Shown here piece by piece: positions 13,371-27,420 of a stretch of DNA of 64,000 bases; within the stretch, counting starts at the first letter, position 1, and each line of letters opens with the position of its first letter. Where the stretch lies: assembly GCF_963921235.1 (NCBI RefSeq), contig NC_086097.1, positions 141,672,001 to 141,736,000 on the forward strand, given 5' to 3'. Under the pieces are notes generated by a model, which worked only from the letters and a program-made list of their open reading frames with translations, made no database searches and had not been told where the DNA came from. This DNA comes from Mobula hypostoma. Lineage: Eukaryota. The position numbers and the translations under genes were made by a program.

Positions 13371-16300
13371 TCCTTCTGCCCTCACAGTGTATGTGTACAA
13401 AGCAAGGCAGGGAGTTAAACACCTTCTCAAAAATCACTCAAGCCAGATGCTTTCTTCAGGATTTTTAATGAGATATTGCTGTTTTAAGAGTAAATAAAGA
13501 GGAGGTGGAGGTGGATGTCTTTCTACACCATGTGCTTCAAATTGAAATCCAAATTAACCTGCACAGGAAATTATATGCAGTAAATTAACAGCTTACATAC
13601 AGGAAGTGATGTACTGCACCTCCAGAGGCCAGAACACTGCCTGCCTGGCATCCTTGGAATGTCAAATTTAACTACTGAAACTATAAGTCAAATGATCATT
13701 TCATTCAGTCTTTGGCAAAAGATAAAAAGGATAGTCTTAGAGACTGGTCTTGAAAAAATTCTTTAACCATTCTCACTTCAAATATGTCAGCCTTGATGAC
13801 ATGCTTGCTCATGATAAATGTCTGATGAGCAAAGCGGTGACACAGTACTCACCCAGGATGACAACTGGGTGATGAACCTGTATAAATGACCAGATGCAGC
13901 TTCAGAAGTTGGAATTTCATCCCTGTTATTGGAAACATGGTCACACTCACACTCCATGAAGGCTGACAAGGCTAAGCAGAGTTCCCTTCCTACTGGCTCC
14001 AGTACAAATATACTGGATCTTCTTAGACCAAAAGACAAAAGAGCAGAAGTCGGCCATTTGGCCTACCGAGTCTGCTCCGCCATTTTATCATGAGCTGATC
14101 CATTCTTCCATTTAGTCCCACACCCCGCCTTCTCACCCCAACCTTTGATGCCCTGGCTACTCAGATACCTATCAATCTCTGCCTTAAATACACCCAATGA
14201 CTTGGTCTCCACTGCCGCCCATGGCAACAAATTCCATAGACTCACCACCCTCTGGCTAAAAAAATTTCTTCGCATCTCTGTTCTGAATGGGCGCCCTTCA
14301 ATCCTTAAGTCATGCCCTCTCGTACTAGACTCCCCCATCGTGGGAAACAACTTTGCCACATCCACTCTGTCCATGCCTTTCAACATTCAAAATGTTTCTA
14401 TAAGGTCCCCGCTCATTCTTCTAAACTCCAAGGAATACAGTGCAAGAGCGGACAAACGTTCCTCATATGTTAACCCTCTCATTCCCGGAATCATTCTAGT
14501 GAATCTTCTCTGTACCCTCTCCGACGTCAGCACATCCTTTCTTAAATAAGGAGACCAAAACCACCCACAGTACTCCAAGTAAGGTCTCACCAGCGCCTTA
14601 TAGAGCCTCAACATCACATCCCTGCTCCTATACTCTATTCCTCTAGAAATGAATGCCAACATTGCATTCGTCTTCTTCACCACCGACTCAACCTGGAGGT
14701 TAACCTGAAGGGTATCCTGCACGAGGACTCCCAAGTCCCATTGTATCTCAGAACTTTGAATTCTCTCCCCATTTAAACAATAGTCTGCCCGTTCACCTCT
14801 TCTGCCAAAGTGCATAACCATACACTTTCTAACATTGTATTTCATTTGCCACTTCTTTGCCCATTCTTCCAATTTATCCAAGTCTCTCTGGAGACTCTCA
14901 GTTTCGTCAGAACTATCAGCCCCTCCACCTATCTTCATATCATCAGCAAACTTAGCCACAAAGCCATCTATTCCATAATCCAAATCGTTGATGTACAACG
15001 TAAAAAGAAGCGGCCCCAACACGGACCCCTGTGGAACACCACTGGCAACCGGCAGCCAACCAGAATAGGATCCCTTTATTCCCACTCTCTGTTTCCAGCC
15101 AATCAGCCAACGCTCTATCCACATATGTAACTTTCCTGTAATTCCATGGGCTGTTAAGTAGCCTCATGTGTGGCACCTTGTCAAAGGCCTTCTGAAAATC
15201 CAAATATACAACATCCACTGCATCTCTCTTGTCTAGCCTACTTGTAATTTCCTCAAAAAATTGTAATAGGTTTGTCAGGCAGGATTTTCCTTTCAGGAAA
15301 CCATGCTGAGTTCTGCCTATCTTGTCATATGCCTCCAGGAACTCCGTAATCTCATCCTTGACAATCCACTCCAACAACTTCCCAACCACCGATGTCAAGC
15401 TAACAGGTCTATAATTTCCTTTTTGCTTCCTTGCCCCCTTCTTAAATAGCGGAGTGACATTTGCAATTTTTCAGTCCTCCGGAACCATGCCAGAATCTAT
15501 CGACTTTTGAAAGATCATCGCGAATGCCTCCGCAATCTCTACAGCTACTTCCTTCAGAACATGAGGATGCATTCCATCTGGTCCGGGAGATTTATCTACC
15601 TTTAGACTATTCAGCTTCCTGAGTACTTTCTCTGTCGTAATTGTGCACACTTCTCTTCCCTACCACCCCGGAGTGTCTGGTATACTGCTGATGTCTTCCT
15701 CAGTGAAGACTGATGCAAAATACTCGTTCAGTTCCTCCGCCATCTCCTTATCTCCCATTACAATTTCTCCAGCATCATTTTCTATTGGTCCTATATCTAT
15801 TCTTACCTGTCTTTTACTCTTTATATACTTGAAAAAGCTTTTAGTATCCTCTTTGATATTATTTGCTAACTTCCTTTCATAGTTCATCTTTTCCCTCTTA
15901 ATGACCTTCTTAGTTTCCTCTTGTAAGCTTTTAAAAACTTCCCAATCCTCTGTCTTCCCACTAATTTTTGCTTCCTTGTATGCCCTCTCCTTTACTTTAA
16001 CTTTGGCTTTAACTTCTCTTGTCAGCCACGGTTGCATCCTTTTTCCATTGGAAAACTTCTTTTTTGGAATATACCTGTCTTGCACCTTCCTCACTTCTTG
16101 CATAAACTCCAGCCACCGCTGCTCTGCTGTCCTTCCCGCCAGTGTTCCTTTCCAGTCAACTTCGGCCAGTTCCTCTCTCATGCCACTATAATTTCCTTTA
16201 CTCCACTGAAATACCGACACATTGGATTTTGGCTTCTCTTTTTCAAATTTCACAGTGAACTCAATCATGTTATGATCACTGCCTCCTAAGGGTTCCTTCA

Positions 16301-18172
16301 CCTCAATCTCTCTAACCACCTCTGATTCATTACACAATACCCAATCCAGTACAGCCGATCCCCTAGTGGGCTCAACAACAAGCTGTTCTAAAAAGCCATC
16401 TCGCAGACATTCTACAAGTTCTCTCTCTTGAGATCCAGTGCCGACCTGATTTTCCCAATCCACTCGCATGTTAAAATCCCCCACAATTATCATAATACTG
16501 CCCTTCCGACAAGCCTTTTCTATTTCCTGTTGTAACTTGTAGTCTACATCACTGCAGCTGTTTGGAGGCCTATATATAACTGCCATCAGGGTCCTTTTAC
16601 CCCTGCGATTTCTTAGCTCAATCCATAAAGATTCTGCACCTTTTGATCCTATGTCACCTCTTTCTAATGATTTAATATCATTTTTTACCAATAAAGCCAC
16701 GCCACCCCCTCTGCCTACCTTCCTATCCTTCCGATACATCGCGTAAAAGACATTAATCTTTTAGCCGCGTCTCAGTGATGGCCACAATATCATACCTGCC
16801 AATCTGTAGCTGTACAACAAGATCATCCACCTTATTCCTGATGCTGCGTGCATTTAAGTGTAACACCTTAAGACCAGTATTTGGTACTTTTCGCTTTGAT
16901 TTTACTGCAACTTTATTGCACTGCAACTCATCCCAATGGCTACAAATTTGCCCATCACCTGCCTGTCTTTCCTGACATCTTTACTGCTCACTATCTTAGA
17001 TTTATTTCTGTTTTCCCCTTCTTCCGCTCTATCATTTCGGTTCCCATCCCCCTGCCAAATTAGTTTAAACCCTCCCTAACAGCTCTATTAAATCTTCCCA
17101 CCAGGATATTGGTCCCCTTCTTCCGGCAACTACTGTTTTTCCAGAACATACCTTTAGAGCGTAAGAGGAAGTAGCTACATCTGATGAATTTTTGCTGATT
17201 CCCATTGTGCTCTGCTGTGGATATGCTAGAACCAGACGTAGCCCAAGGTGCTGGTCCTGATTTTACAGCTTTATCTGGATCTAATTCTTCTGAGGTGTCA
17301 ATAGGTTCTTGTCTCAGTTTCCTGGAGTCCACTGGTGCTTGCTGCACCATGTGTCCATCTGTATTCTGCAAAAATTTGATGTGAATCATGACAGGAAACT
17401 GGTTCCTACCTTTGTTTGCTGCTTTGATTCCACCCTCTGTTGAGCAACCATGTCATATTAGACGGCTTGCACTAATGGTCAGTTCTTCAGTCACCTCCTC
17501 AGACGACCACCACTGCCTAAGTCAGTTGCAGCTTCACACACCTTTTCTTCTGCTAAGACAGCCTCAGCTTCACACTCCTCCTTGAATGTACCCAATGTGG
17601 CCTCTATACAAGCTTTCTCCATGTCTACACGTTTTCTTCATTCGCATTTCAACTTTGCATTTAGCATATACTGCTCTCATTCTTGCCGCTTCAGCTCTGG
17701 CATGGTCTCACGCTGCAGCTATGGCAACTGTGGTTTCGCTTGAGCGTCATGAAGGTGTAATTGATGCACCACAATCTGACCTAACTTCCAGGGCTCTGTG
17801 ATTGATGTTGCTTGGATTGGAGGCTGACATTGTAGCATACGGCATTCATATGCATCCTAGTCCATGGGTGATGACTTTGAAGATGAATTATCTTTTTACT
17901 CTTCTGCCCTCGCAGTGCATGGAGTTAAGCAGTGAGTTTAACACCTCAAAATCACCCAACCTCAAGCTTTCTTTGGAATTTTAATGAGATCTTACTTGTT
18001 AAAAGATATTGGGCAAATAATGAGGGGATGGAGATTGTTGTCTTTCTACACCGTGTGCTTCAAGTCAAAATCCGAATTAACCCACGCAGGAAATGATATT
18101 AAAGGAACAGTTTATGTACTGGAAATGATATACGTACAAAACAAACTGTATGCAAAACTCTAGAGGCTATAA
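13371..18172 (-). mobile_element. BEL/Pao LTR retrotransposon, internally deleted, both LTRs present, interrupted by a CR1
   Basis: Diverged direct repeats at about 13371-13636 and 17899-18172; PPT-like ccaggcaggcag before TGTTCTGG; gag remnant ARAEAARMRAVYAK; pol remnant ECDHVSNNRDEIPTSEAA (13787-14038). Confidence 0.75.
14025..17119 (-). mobile_element. CR1 LINE, 5'-truncated, relatively young (APE endonuclease + RT + 3' UTR)
   Basis: Long ORFs 15660-16739 (GRGGGVAL, GDFN, SDH), 14952-15398, 14387-15124 (GVPQGSVLGP, FADD) and 14063-14386 (TRGHDLRI..RRNFFSQRV). Confidence 0.93.
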
Positions 18173-19924
18173 CAGGGGTCGGCAACCTTTTTGCCTCTGT
18201 GGGCCGGATCACGTATTAGTGAGCGAATGGTGGGCCAGATAAATGCCATAAAAAACTTGAAATATGGGAATCATCCATTTAAATAAATCTAGTTATGTTT
18301 TGCCTCAGATTAATGAATAACGCATGCTAGAAAATCATTTGTGCTTAACCAAAATAAAAATGATGCATTGAATGGTGGTAAATTAAGTATAATAAAATGT
18401 GGAGCATCCTCATTTTTGCTTTCAAGGAATATTGCCACTTCTTCATGCAATGCAAATACTCTTTCCAGCATTGACCCTCGGCTATGCCAGCGTACATTTC
18501 AGAAATAAGCCAGGTCCCCATATTCTGCCTCCGTATCCAACAAAAACTGCTTAAACTGGCGATGATTCAATCCACGAGTTAGGATCAGATTCATTGCCTT
18601 CACAACAATGTCCATAACATCCTTTAATTTCAAAGACTTGGCACATAATGCCTCTTGATGGATAATGCAATGAATTTTAACCAGTTTCTGTACGATTCCA
18701 AGTTTTTCCATTTGTCCTTGCAGCAATGCGATGATGCCTTTTTTCTGTCCCACCATTGCTGGTGCCCCATCAGTTGTGATGCCAATTAGCTTTGACACAT
18801 TAAGTTTCATTTCTGACATCATTTTCAACAAAGCTTCAAAAACGTCTGCTCCGGTAACCGTGTCCTTCATAGGAATTAATTGAATAAACTCTTCAAAAAT
18901 TTGAAAAGTTGAGGTCACTCCTCGCATAAACACTGCAAATTGAGCAGTGTCTCTCAAGTCTGTGCTCTCATCAAGTGCAATTGAAAAAAAATTGCAATTC
19001 GTTGCAGGCATCGCTTAAACAATTTTTAACATCCGCTGACATTTCGTAAACTCGCCATGTGATTGTTCTTGCTGACAGGTTGATAGATGCAAATAAAGAT
19101 TTCTTTTCAGGACAAACAATATCCACCACTGCCCGTAAATATTCTCTGACAAACTCTCCATCTGTAAAAGGCTTCATCTTATCTGCAATACATTTTGAGA
19201 CTTCGTAGTTTCCACGGGTATTTCCTTCATTTTCACTGCTTTTCTTGGCAAAAAATTATGTTTGTTTTCCAAAACTAGCCTTCATTCGTTCAACTTCATC
19301 TTTCCTTACTTGCCCAGTAAACTTGTTAAAATTTCCACTATGGCGGGTCTCGTAATGTCGCCTGATATTTGCCACCCTCTTCACAGCAACATTTTCTAGG
19401 CAAATGAGACAAACTGGTTTCCTGGCTTGCTCGATGAAGAATTAACCTAGTGTCCAAGTGTCTTGGAAATTTCGGCACTCAGTGTATACCTTCCTGCGTT
19501 TTGCATTCATTGCCATTGGAATTTTTTTTTGATTTTATTTTGAAACGCGAGTTGTTCAACAAGTATCATAGCACATGTAAATATCTGGATATTTAGCATG
19601 GATTTCTTGTTAAAACACAGTGATGCTGTTCCTATTTACAAATTTGAATGATCCCATCTGAAAACCTGCGCATGCACGGAGAGTATCTAATACATATTAA
19701 TAAGGTAGTCTGCCTTCCCGTCATTCATATATACCAGTGTTTGGTTTGGAACAAAACGGAAGCTGGAGCCGGTGTAAGAAGACGCCATGCATGTCCATCA
19801 GTGTGGTCGCCTGAAACATTCAGAATAAGGAAAAATCACTCGCGGGCCGGATAAGCATAGTATCCCAATATTTGCTTGCAGGCCGGTCAAACTACCTTTG
19901 CGGGCCATAGGTTGCCTACCCCTG
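18173..19924 (-). mobile_element. hAT (Charlie/Buster-type, GTF2IRD2-like transposase) DNA transposon with C-terminal deletion
   Basis: TIRs CAGGGGTCGGCAACCT / AGGTTGCCTACCCCTG; 8-bp TSD ggctataa / ggttatga (6/8); transposase motifs PVCLIC..RRHYETRH, KPFTDGEFV, FSIALDESTD, TTDGAPAM, HCIIHQEALC. Confidence 0.92.
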
Positions 19925-20249
19925 GGTTATGACAACGTGTATTCATCATATCTATACCCCTCATGATTTTATACACCTCTATAACAGCACACTTAATTCC
20001 TGAATTGCAATGAATAAAATCCTAACCTGCCCATCCTCTCATTATAACTCAGGCCCTTGAACTCTGGCAAAATCTTCGTAAATCTTCTTGCTACTCTTTC
20101 CAGTTTAATAACACTTTTACTCTAACAGGGTGACAAAAACTGTACACTATAGTTCAAGCATGTTTTCTCCAATGTCTTGCACAACTGCAACACAACAGCC
20201 CAACTTGTATACTCAAAGCTTTGATTGATGAAGAGCAGTATGCCAAATG

Positions 20250-22440
20250 CCTTCAGTGGTTTGAACAGGGCACGACTGCGCAAGCGCGTGGACATCAGCC
20301 AGTGAGAACAGCAAGAAGAGTTTAAAAAGAAAGATTTAAACAGCAGGCATTGGAGAAGCAGGCAACAGAGTAGAGGGAGACTAAGTAGGAAGGCTTTGGC
20401 TCAATGGGGCTTGGGCGATAAAGGGTCGAGGCGAGGTAGGTTATCTGTGTACAATACAGACAGAACGTATGTGTGTTAGGCTGGTTTTCTGTGCTCGGTG
20501 TCAGATGTGGGAGTTCCAGTAGACTCCCAGCCTCCCAGACAGCCACATCTGCACCAGGTGTGTCCAGCTGCAGCTCCTTAAGGACTGCGTTAGGGAACTG
20601 GAGATGCAGCTCGGTGACCTTCGTCTGGTCAGGGCAAGTGAGGAGGTGATAGAGAGGAGCTATAGGCAGGTGGTCACACTGGGGTCTGGGGAGACAGAAA
20701 AGTGGGTAAAGGTCAAAGTCAGGAGAGGGAAGGGCAGGAGTCAGAGGCTAGACAGCACCCCTATGACAATAAGTACTCCTGTTTGAGTATTGTTGGGGGA
20801 GGCGGCCTACCTGGGGGAAGCAACAATGGTCACGTCTCTGGCACAGAGTCTGGCCCTGTAGCTCAGAAGGGTAGGGAAAGGAAGAGGATGGCAGCAGTGA
20901 TAGGGGACTCTATTGTTAGGGGGTCAGACAAGCAATTCTGTGGAAGCAGGAAGGAAACGTGGATGGTAGTTTTCCTTCCAGGTTCCAGGGTCCGGATGTT
21001 TCTGATCGAGTCTGCAATATCTGGAAGTGGGAAGGAGAACAGCCAGAGGTCGTGGTACATATTGGTACCAATGACTTAGGCAGGAAAAGGGAGAAGGTCC
21101 TGAAAGCAGACAACAGGGAATTAGGAAGGAAGTTGAGAAGCAGGATCACAAAGATAGTCATCTCAGGATTACTACATGTGCCACGTAACAGTGAGTATAG
21201 GAATAGGGTGAGGTGGAGAATAAATGCGTGGCTGAGGGATTGGAGCAGGGTACAGGGATTCAGATTTCTAGAGCATTGGGACCTCTTTTGGGGCAGGTGT
21301 GACCTGTACAAAAAGGATGGGTTGCACTTGAATCCCGGGGGACCAATATCCTGGTGGGGAGGTTTGCTAAGGCTACTGGGGAGAGTTTTAACTAGAATTG
21401 GTGGGGGGTGGGAACCGAACTGATGTGACGGAGGAAAGCGAGATTGGCTCACAAATTGAGAAAGCTTGGAAACTGTGAAAGGGAGGTTAGGCAGGTGATA
21501 TAGAGAATGGAAGCGCTCAGATCGATGGTTTGAGATGTGTCTATTTTAATTCGAGGAGTATTATGAACAAAGCGGATGAGCTTAAGGAGTGTGGATCAGC
21601 ACTTGGAGCTATGATGTTATGGCCGTTACAGAGCCTTGGATGGTGCAGGGGCAGGACGGGCTACTTCAAGTGCCAGGCTTTAGATGTTTCAGAAAGGACA
21701 GGGAGGGAGGCAAAAGAGGTGGGGGCGTGGCACTGCTGATCAGGGATGGTGTCATGGCTGCAGAAAAGGAAGAAGTCATGGAGGGGTTGTCTATGGAGTC
21801 TCTGTAGGTGGAAGTTAGGAATAGGAAGGGATCAATAACTCTACTGGGTGTTTTTCATTGGCCATCCAATAGTAACAGGGACATAGAGGAGCAGATAGGG
21901 ACACAGATTCTGCAAAGGTGTAATAATAACAGGGTTATTGTGGTGAGAGATTTTAATTTCCCAAATATTGATTGGCATCTCCCAATAGGAGGTTTAGATG
22001 GGGCGGAGTTTGATAGGTGTGTTCAGGAAGATGTCTTGACACAATATGTTGATAAGCCAACAAGAGAAGAGGCTCTACTTGATCTGGCATTGGGAAATGA
22101 ACCTAGTCAGGTATCAAGTCTCTCAGTGGGACAGCATTTTGAAGATAGTGATCACAATTCTATCTCCTTTACCATAGCATTGGAGAGGGAAAGGAACACA
22201 CAAGTTAGGGAAACATTTAATTGGAGTAAGGGGAAATATGGGGCTAACAGGCATGAACTTGGAAGCATAAATTGGAAACAGATGTTCTCAGGGAAACCTA
22301 CAGAAGTAATGTGGCAAATGTTCAGGGGATATTTGTGTGGGGCTCTACATAGATACGTTCCAATGAGACAGGAAAGGATGGTAGGGTACAAGAACCGTGG
22401 TGTACAAAGGCTATTGTAAATCTAGTCAAGAAGAAGAGCT
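20250..22440 (+). mobile_element. CR1 LINE 5' portion: ORF1 (zinc finger, coiled coil, SGNH esterase) and ORF2 endonuclease, degenerate
   Basis: VIGDSIVRG, VVVHIGTND and DGLHLN SGNH motifs; then RKDREGGKRGGGVAL, DFNFPNIDW and DSDHNSI. Confidence 0.9.
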
Positions 22441-22442
22441 TA

Positions 22443-25400
22443 ACCATAGAAACCATAGAAACTACAGCACAGAAACAGACCTTTTGGCCCTTCTTGGTTG
22501 TGCCGAACCATTTTCTGCTTAGTCCCACTGACCTGCACACGGACCATATCCCTCCATACACCTCCCATCCTTGTATCTGTCCAACTTATTCTTACATGTT
22601 AAAAAAGAACCCGCATTTACCACCTCGTCTGGCAGCTCATTCCATACTCCCACCACTCTCAGTGTGAAGAAGCCCCCCCAATGTTCCCTTTAAACTTTTC
22701 CCCCCTCACCCTTAACCCATGTCCTCTGGTTTTTTTCTCCCCTTGCCTCAGTGGAAAAAGCCTGCTTGCATTCACTCTATCTATACCCATCATAATTTTA
22801 TATACCTCTATCAAATCTCCCCTCATTCTTCTATGCTCCAGAGAATAAAGTCCTAACCTATTCAACCTTTCTCTGTAACTGAGCTTCTCAAGTCCCGGCA
22901 ACATCTTTGTAAACCTTCTCTGCACTCTTTCAACCTTATTTATATCCTTCCTGTAATTTGATGACCAAAACTGAACACAATACTCCAGATTCGGCCTCAC
23001 CAATGCCTTATACAACCTCATCATAACATTCCAGCTCTTATACTCAATAATTTGATTAGTAAAGGCCAATGCACCAAAAGCTCTCTTTACGACCCTATCT
23101 ACCTGTGACGCCACTTTTAGGGAATTTTGTATCTGTATTCCCAGATCCCTCTGTTCCACTGCACTCCTCAGTGCCTTACCATTAACCCTGTATGTTCTAC
23201 CTTGGTTTGTCCTTCCAACGTGCAATACCTCACACTTGTCTATATTAAACTCCACCTGCCATTTTTCAGCCCATTTTTCCAGCTGGTCCAAGTCCCTCTG
23301 CAGGCTCTGAAAACCTTCCTCACTGTCTACTACACCTCCAATCTTTGTATCATCAGCAAATTTGCTGATCCAATTTACCACATTATCATCCAGATCATTG
23401 ATATAGATGACAAATAACAATGGACCCAGCACTGATCCCTGTGGCACACCACTAGTCACAGGCCTCCACTCGGAGAAGCAGTTCTCTACTACCACTCTTT
23501 GGTTTCTTCCATTGAGCCAATGTCTAATCCAATTTACCACCTCTCCATGTATACCTAGTGACTGAATTTTCCTAACTAACCTCCCATGCGGGACCTTGTC
23601 AAAGGCCTTACTGAAGTCCATGTAGACAATATCCACTGCCTTCCCTTCATCCACTTTCCTCGAAAAACTCCAATAGATTGGTCAAACATGACCTACCAGG
23701 CACAAAGCCATGCTGACTCTAATAAGTCCCTGTCTATCCAAATGTTTGTAGATTCTGTCTCTTAGTACTCCCTCCAATAACTTACTCACTACCGATGTCA
23801 AACTTACCGACCTATAATTTCCCAGATTACTTTTCGATCCTTTTTTAAACAACGGAACAACATGAGCCATTCTCCAATCCTCCGGCACCTCACCCGTAGA
23901 CAGCGACATTTTAAATATATCTGCCAGGGCCCCTGCAATTTCAACACTAGTCTCCTTCAAGGTCCGAGGGAATACCCTGTCAGGTCTTGGGGATTTATCC
24001 ACTTTAATTTGCCTCAAGATAGCAAGCCCCTCCTCCTTTTCAATCTGTACAGTTTCCATGATCTCACTACTTGTTTCCCTTAATTCCATAGACTTCATGC
24101 CAGTTTCCTTAGTAAATACAGACGCAAAAAACCCATTTAAGATCTCCCCCATTTCTTTTGGTTCTGCACATAGCCAACCACTCTGATCTTCAGGAGGACC
24201 AATTTTATCCCTTACAATCCTTTTACTCTTAATATACCTGTAAAAGCTCTTTGGACTATCCTTCACTTTGACTGCCAAGGCAACCTCATGTCTTATGTTA
24301 CGTACCCCGTAACTGGGTTGCCAAACCAGCAGAAATGGACCACTTAGTTGGAGTCTGGATTACTGGAGCTAAGAAAGTTTTATTAAAAAAATAAGCAACA
24401 CAATACTCTAATAGTAAGAATATAAATGCAACAGGTTAGCAATGAATAAACACACATGTACACGGATCTATGATAATAGGATCAATCAAGCTCTATCGCA
24501 GTCTAGGGGTAAATGATCAGTTTCAAGTGACGCAAAGTTCAGTTCAATTTAGTTCAGTTCAGTTCGCAGTAATCGCTGTTGTGCCGTTAGGGTGGGGAGA
24601 AGAGAGAGAACAAATGAATATGCAAATCGGATTTCAAACAGACCTTCAATATTCCTCGCAGTTAGCTTTCCGGCGAGCCCTTTGTAATGTCTTCTGAGGT
24701 CACCGACTGTGACCCCTCCGTTCCAGATACGATCGTTCTTCTGCGGTGAACCCGGCACCCAGGCAAGGGCGGAAACACTCACCAGGTTCCCGCCCAAGCG
24801 TATCTTTCCACCCTGTGTGTCTATGGCTGGTCCCGCGACCAGACCTCCAAAAAAACTCCACCAACTTGTGGGGGCACACCGCTTCCAGGGTCTCGTTACC
24901 TCGTGGTGTCGTGTGTCTGTTGCCTTAGCGAACCTGTCCCTTTTTATCCCCCTGCTGGGGTATCGCCTGTCCATCAAACTTCAAACAGTTCAGGGTTCAA
25001 AGCCACCGGTCTCTGACAATACTCGGAACCGTGTCTCCTTTAGGTAATCTCTCTCTTCTCTCTCTTATTAGCACCTTGCATGTTCCCCCATTGTCTTCTT
25101 ATCGGCATCAATCTTCTGATAACTGGTTCTTTTGTCACACTTCTTTTAGCCCTCCTGATTTCCTTCTTAAGTATTTTCTTGCACTTTTTATACTCCTCAA
25201 GCACCTTATTTACTCCGTTTCCTATACATGTCATACAACTCTCTCTTCTTCTTTATCAGAGTTGCAATATCCTTTGAGAACCAAGGTTCCTTATTCCTAT
25301 TCACTTTGCCTTTAATCCTGACAAGCTCTGCACTCTCAAAATTTCTCCTTTGAAGGCTTCCCACTTACCGATCACATTCTTGCCAGAGAACAACCTGTCC

Positions 25401-25745
25401 CAATCCACGCTTTTTAGATCCTTTCTCATTTCTTCAAATTTGGCCTCCTTCCAGTTTAGAGCCTCAACCCTAGGACCAGATCTATCTTTATCCATGATCA
25501 AGTTGAAACTAATGGTGTTATGATCACTGGAACCAAAGTGCTCCCCTACACACACTTCAGTCATTTGTCCTAACTTGTTTCCTAATAGGAGATCTAATAT
25601 TGCATCCCGTCTAGTTGGTACCTCTATATATTGATTTAGAAAACTTTCTTGAACATATTTTACAAACTCTAACCCATCTATACCCCTAACAGTATGGGAG
25701 TCCCAATCAATATGTAGAAAACTAAAATCCCTATTAAAATTAAAA
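22443..25745 (-). mobile_element. CR1 LINE, young, 5'-truncated, split by a solo LTR
   Basis: ORFs 22659-23654 (DFSKAFDKV, GVPQGSVLGP, FADDTK), 23682-24278 and 25301-25564; 3' tail (gtttctatg)n at about 22443-22461. Confidence 0.93.
24296..25139 (-). mobile_element. Solo LTR (844 bp) inserted in the CR1 ORF2
   Basis: TGTTAC...GTCACA ends; 4-bp TSD ctta/cttc (1 mismatch); minus-strand AATAAA near 24380; CR1 sequence resumes exactly across it. Confidence 0.8.
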
Positions 25746-26029
25746 TTCTAGTTACACTGTGGTTGCTCTTCTGATTTCCCTACACTTCTTGGGAAGGATT
25801 TGCTTGTTCCCACTTGCCTAAAACCAATTATGCCTTTTTTTTTCCTGACCAGAGCCTCAATATCTCTCATCAACAAGGGTTCCTTAAACTTGACAGCATT
25901 ACCAATCACTCTAGCAGGAACATGTTGCCCCAGAAGTCTTGATATCATACCTTTAAAAGCCTCCTATTTGCCAGTTGTCCCTTTACCAGCAAACAGTCTC
26001 AGCCAATTGACCCCAGCAATATCTTCTCC

Positions 26030-27420
26030 TTGCAGACAACATGAAGGTAGGTGGAGGAGGAACAGGGAGCAGGGAGTCTGTAGAAGGACAGATTAGGAGA
26101 GTGGGCAAAGAAGTGGCAGATAGAATTTACTTAAGGGAAATGTATGGTCATCCACTTTGGCAGAAGGAATACAGGCATAGACTATTTCTAAATGGGGAGA
26201 AAATTCAGAAATCACATGTGCAAAAGGACTTGAGTCCTTAAGCAAGATTCCCTAAAGGTTAATTTGCAGGTTGATTCAGTGGTAAGGAAGGCAGATGCAA
26301 TGTTAGCAACGCACACAAAATGCTAGAGGAACTCAGTAGGCCAGGCAGCATCTATGGAAAAGAGTAAACAGTCGACATCTTGGGCTGAGACCCTTCATCC
26401 AGCAACAGCAGATTTTCTCATGTTTGCAATGTTACCATTCATTTCAAGAAGACTAGAATATAAAAGCAAGGATGTAATGATAAAGGCTTAATAAAGCATC
26501 GGTCAGATCACACTTAGAGTATTATGAGCAGTTTTGGGTCCCTATCTAAGAAGATATGTGATGGCGTTGGAGAGGGCCCAGAGGAGGTTCATGAGAAATA
26601 ATTCCAGTTATGAAAGGCTTAATAGAGTCACAGAAAAGTACAGCAAAGAAACAGGCCCTTTGGCCTGCTAGTCCATGCTGAAACCATTTAAAATGCCTAC
26701 TCTCATCGAATTTCACCAGGACTAAAGTCCTCCATATCATACTGTCCATGCACCTATCCAAACTTCACTTAGATGTTGAAATCTAGCTTTCATGCACCAC
26801 TTGTGCTGGCAGCTCATTCCACACTCTCATGACTCTCTGAGTGAAGAAGTTTCCCCTCCTGTTCCCCTTAAACTTTTTACCTTTCACCCTTAACCCATGA
26901 CCCCTGGTTGTAGTCCCACCCAACTTCAGAGGGAAAAGCCTGCTTGCATTTACCCTATCTATACCTCTCATAATTTTGTACATGGAGTGTTTGATGGCTC
27001 TGAATCTGTATTCACTGGAGTTTAGAAGAATGAGGGGTGATCTCATTAAAACCTATTGAATATTTAAAAACTTAGAGAGAGTAGATGTGGAGAAAATATT
27101 TCCTATAGTGGGAATGTCTAGAACCAGAGGGCACAGACTCAGAAAAGAGGGAACAGAATTTAGAACAGAGATAAGGAGGAATTTCTTTAGCCGAGGGTGG
27201 TTGATCTGTGAAAGTTATTACCACAGGTGACTGTGGAGTCCAAGTCACTGGGTATATTTGAAGCGGACGTTGAAAGGTTCTTGGTTAGTAAGACCATCAA
27301 AGGTTACAGGGAGACGGGAGGAGAATGGGGTTGAGAGGGATAATAAATCAGCTACGATGGAATGGTAGTACAGACTCGATGGGCCGAACAGCCAGATCTG
27401 CTCCTACGTCTAATGATTCT
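26030..27420 (+). mobile_element. CR1 RT/3' end fragment containing a PLE-tail copy (about 26309-26400) and an inverted CR1 3' fragment (about 26620-26980)
   Basis: CR1 RT remnants ending in gatgggccgaa...tgctccta; nested pieces recognised by sequence similarity to other copies in the window. Confidence 0.75.
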
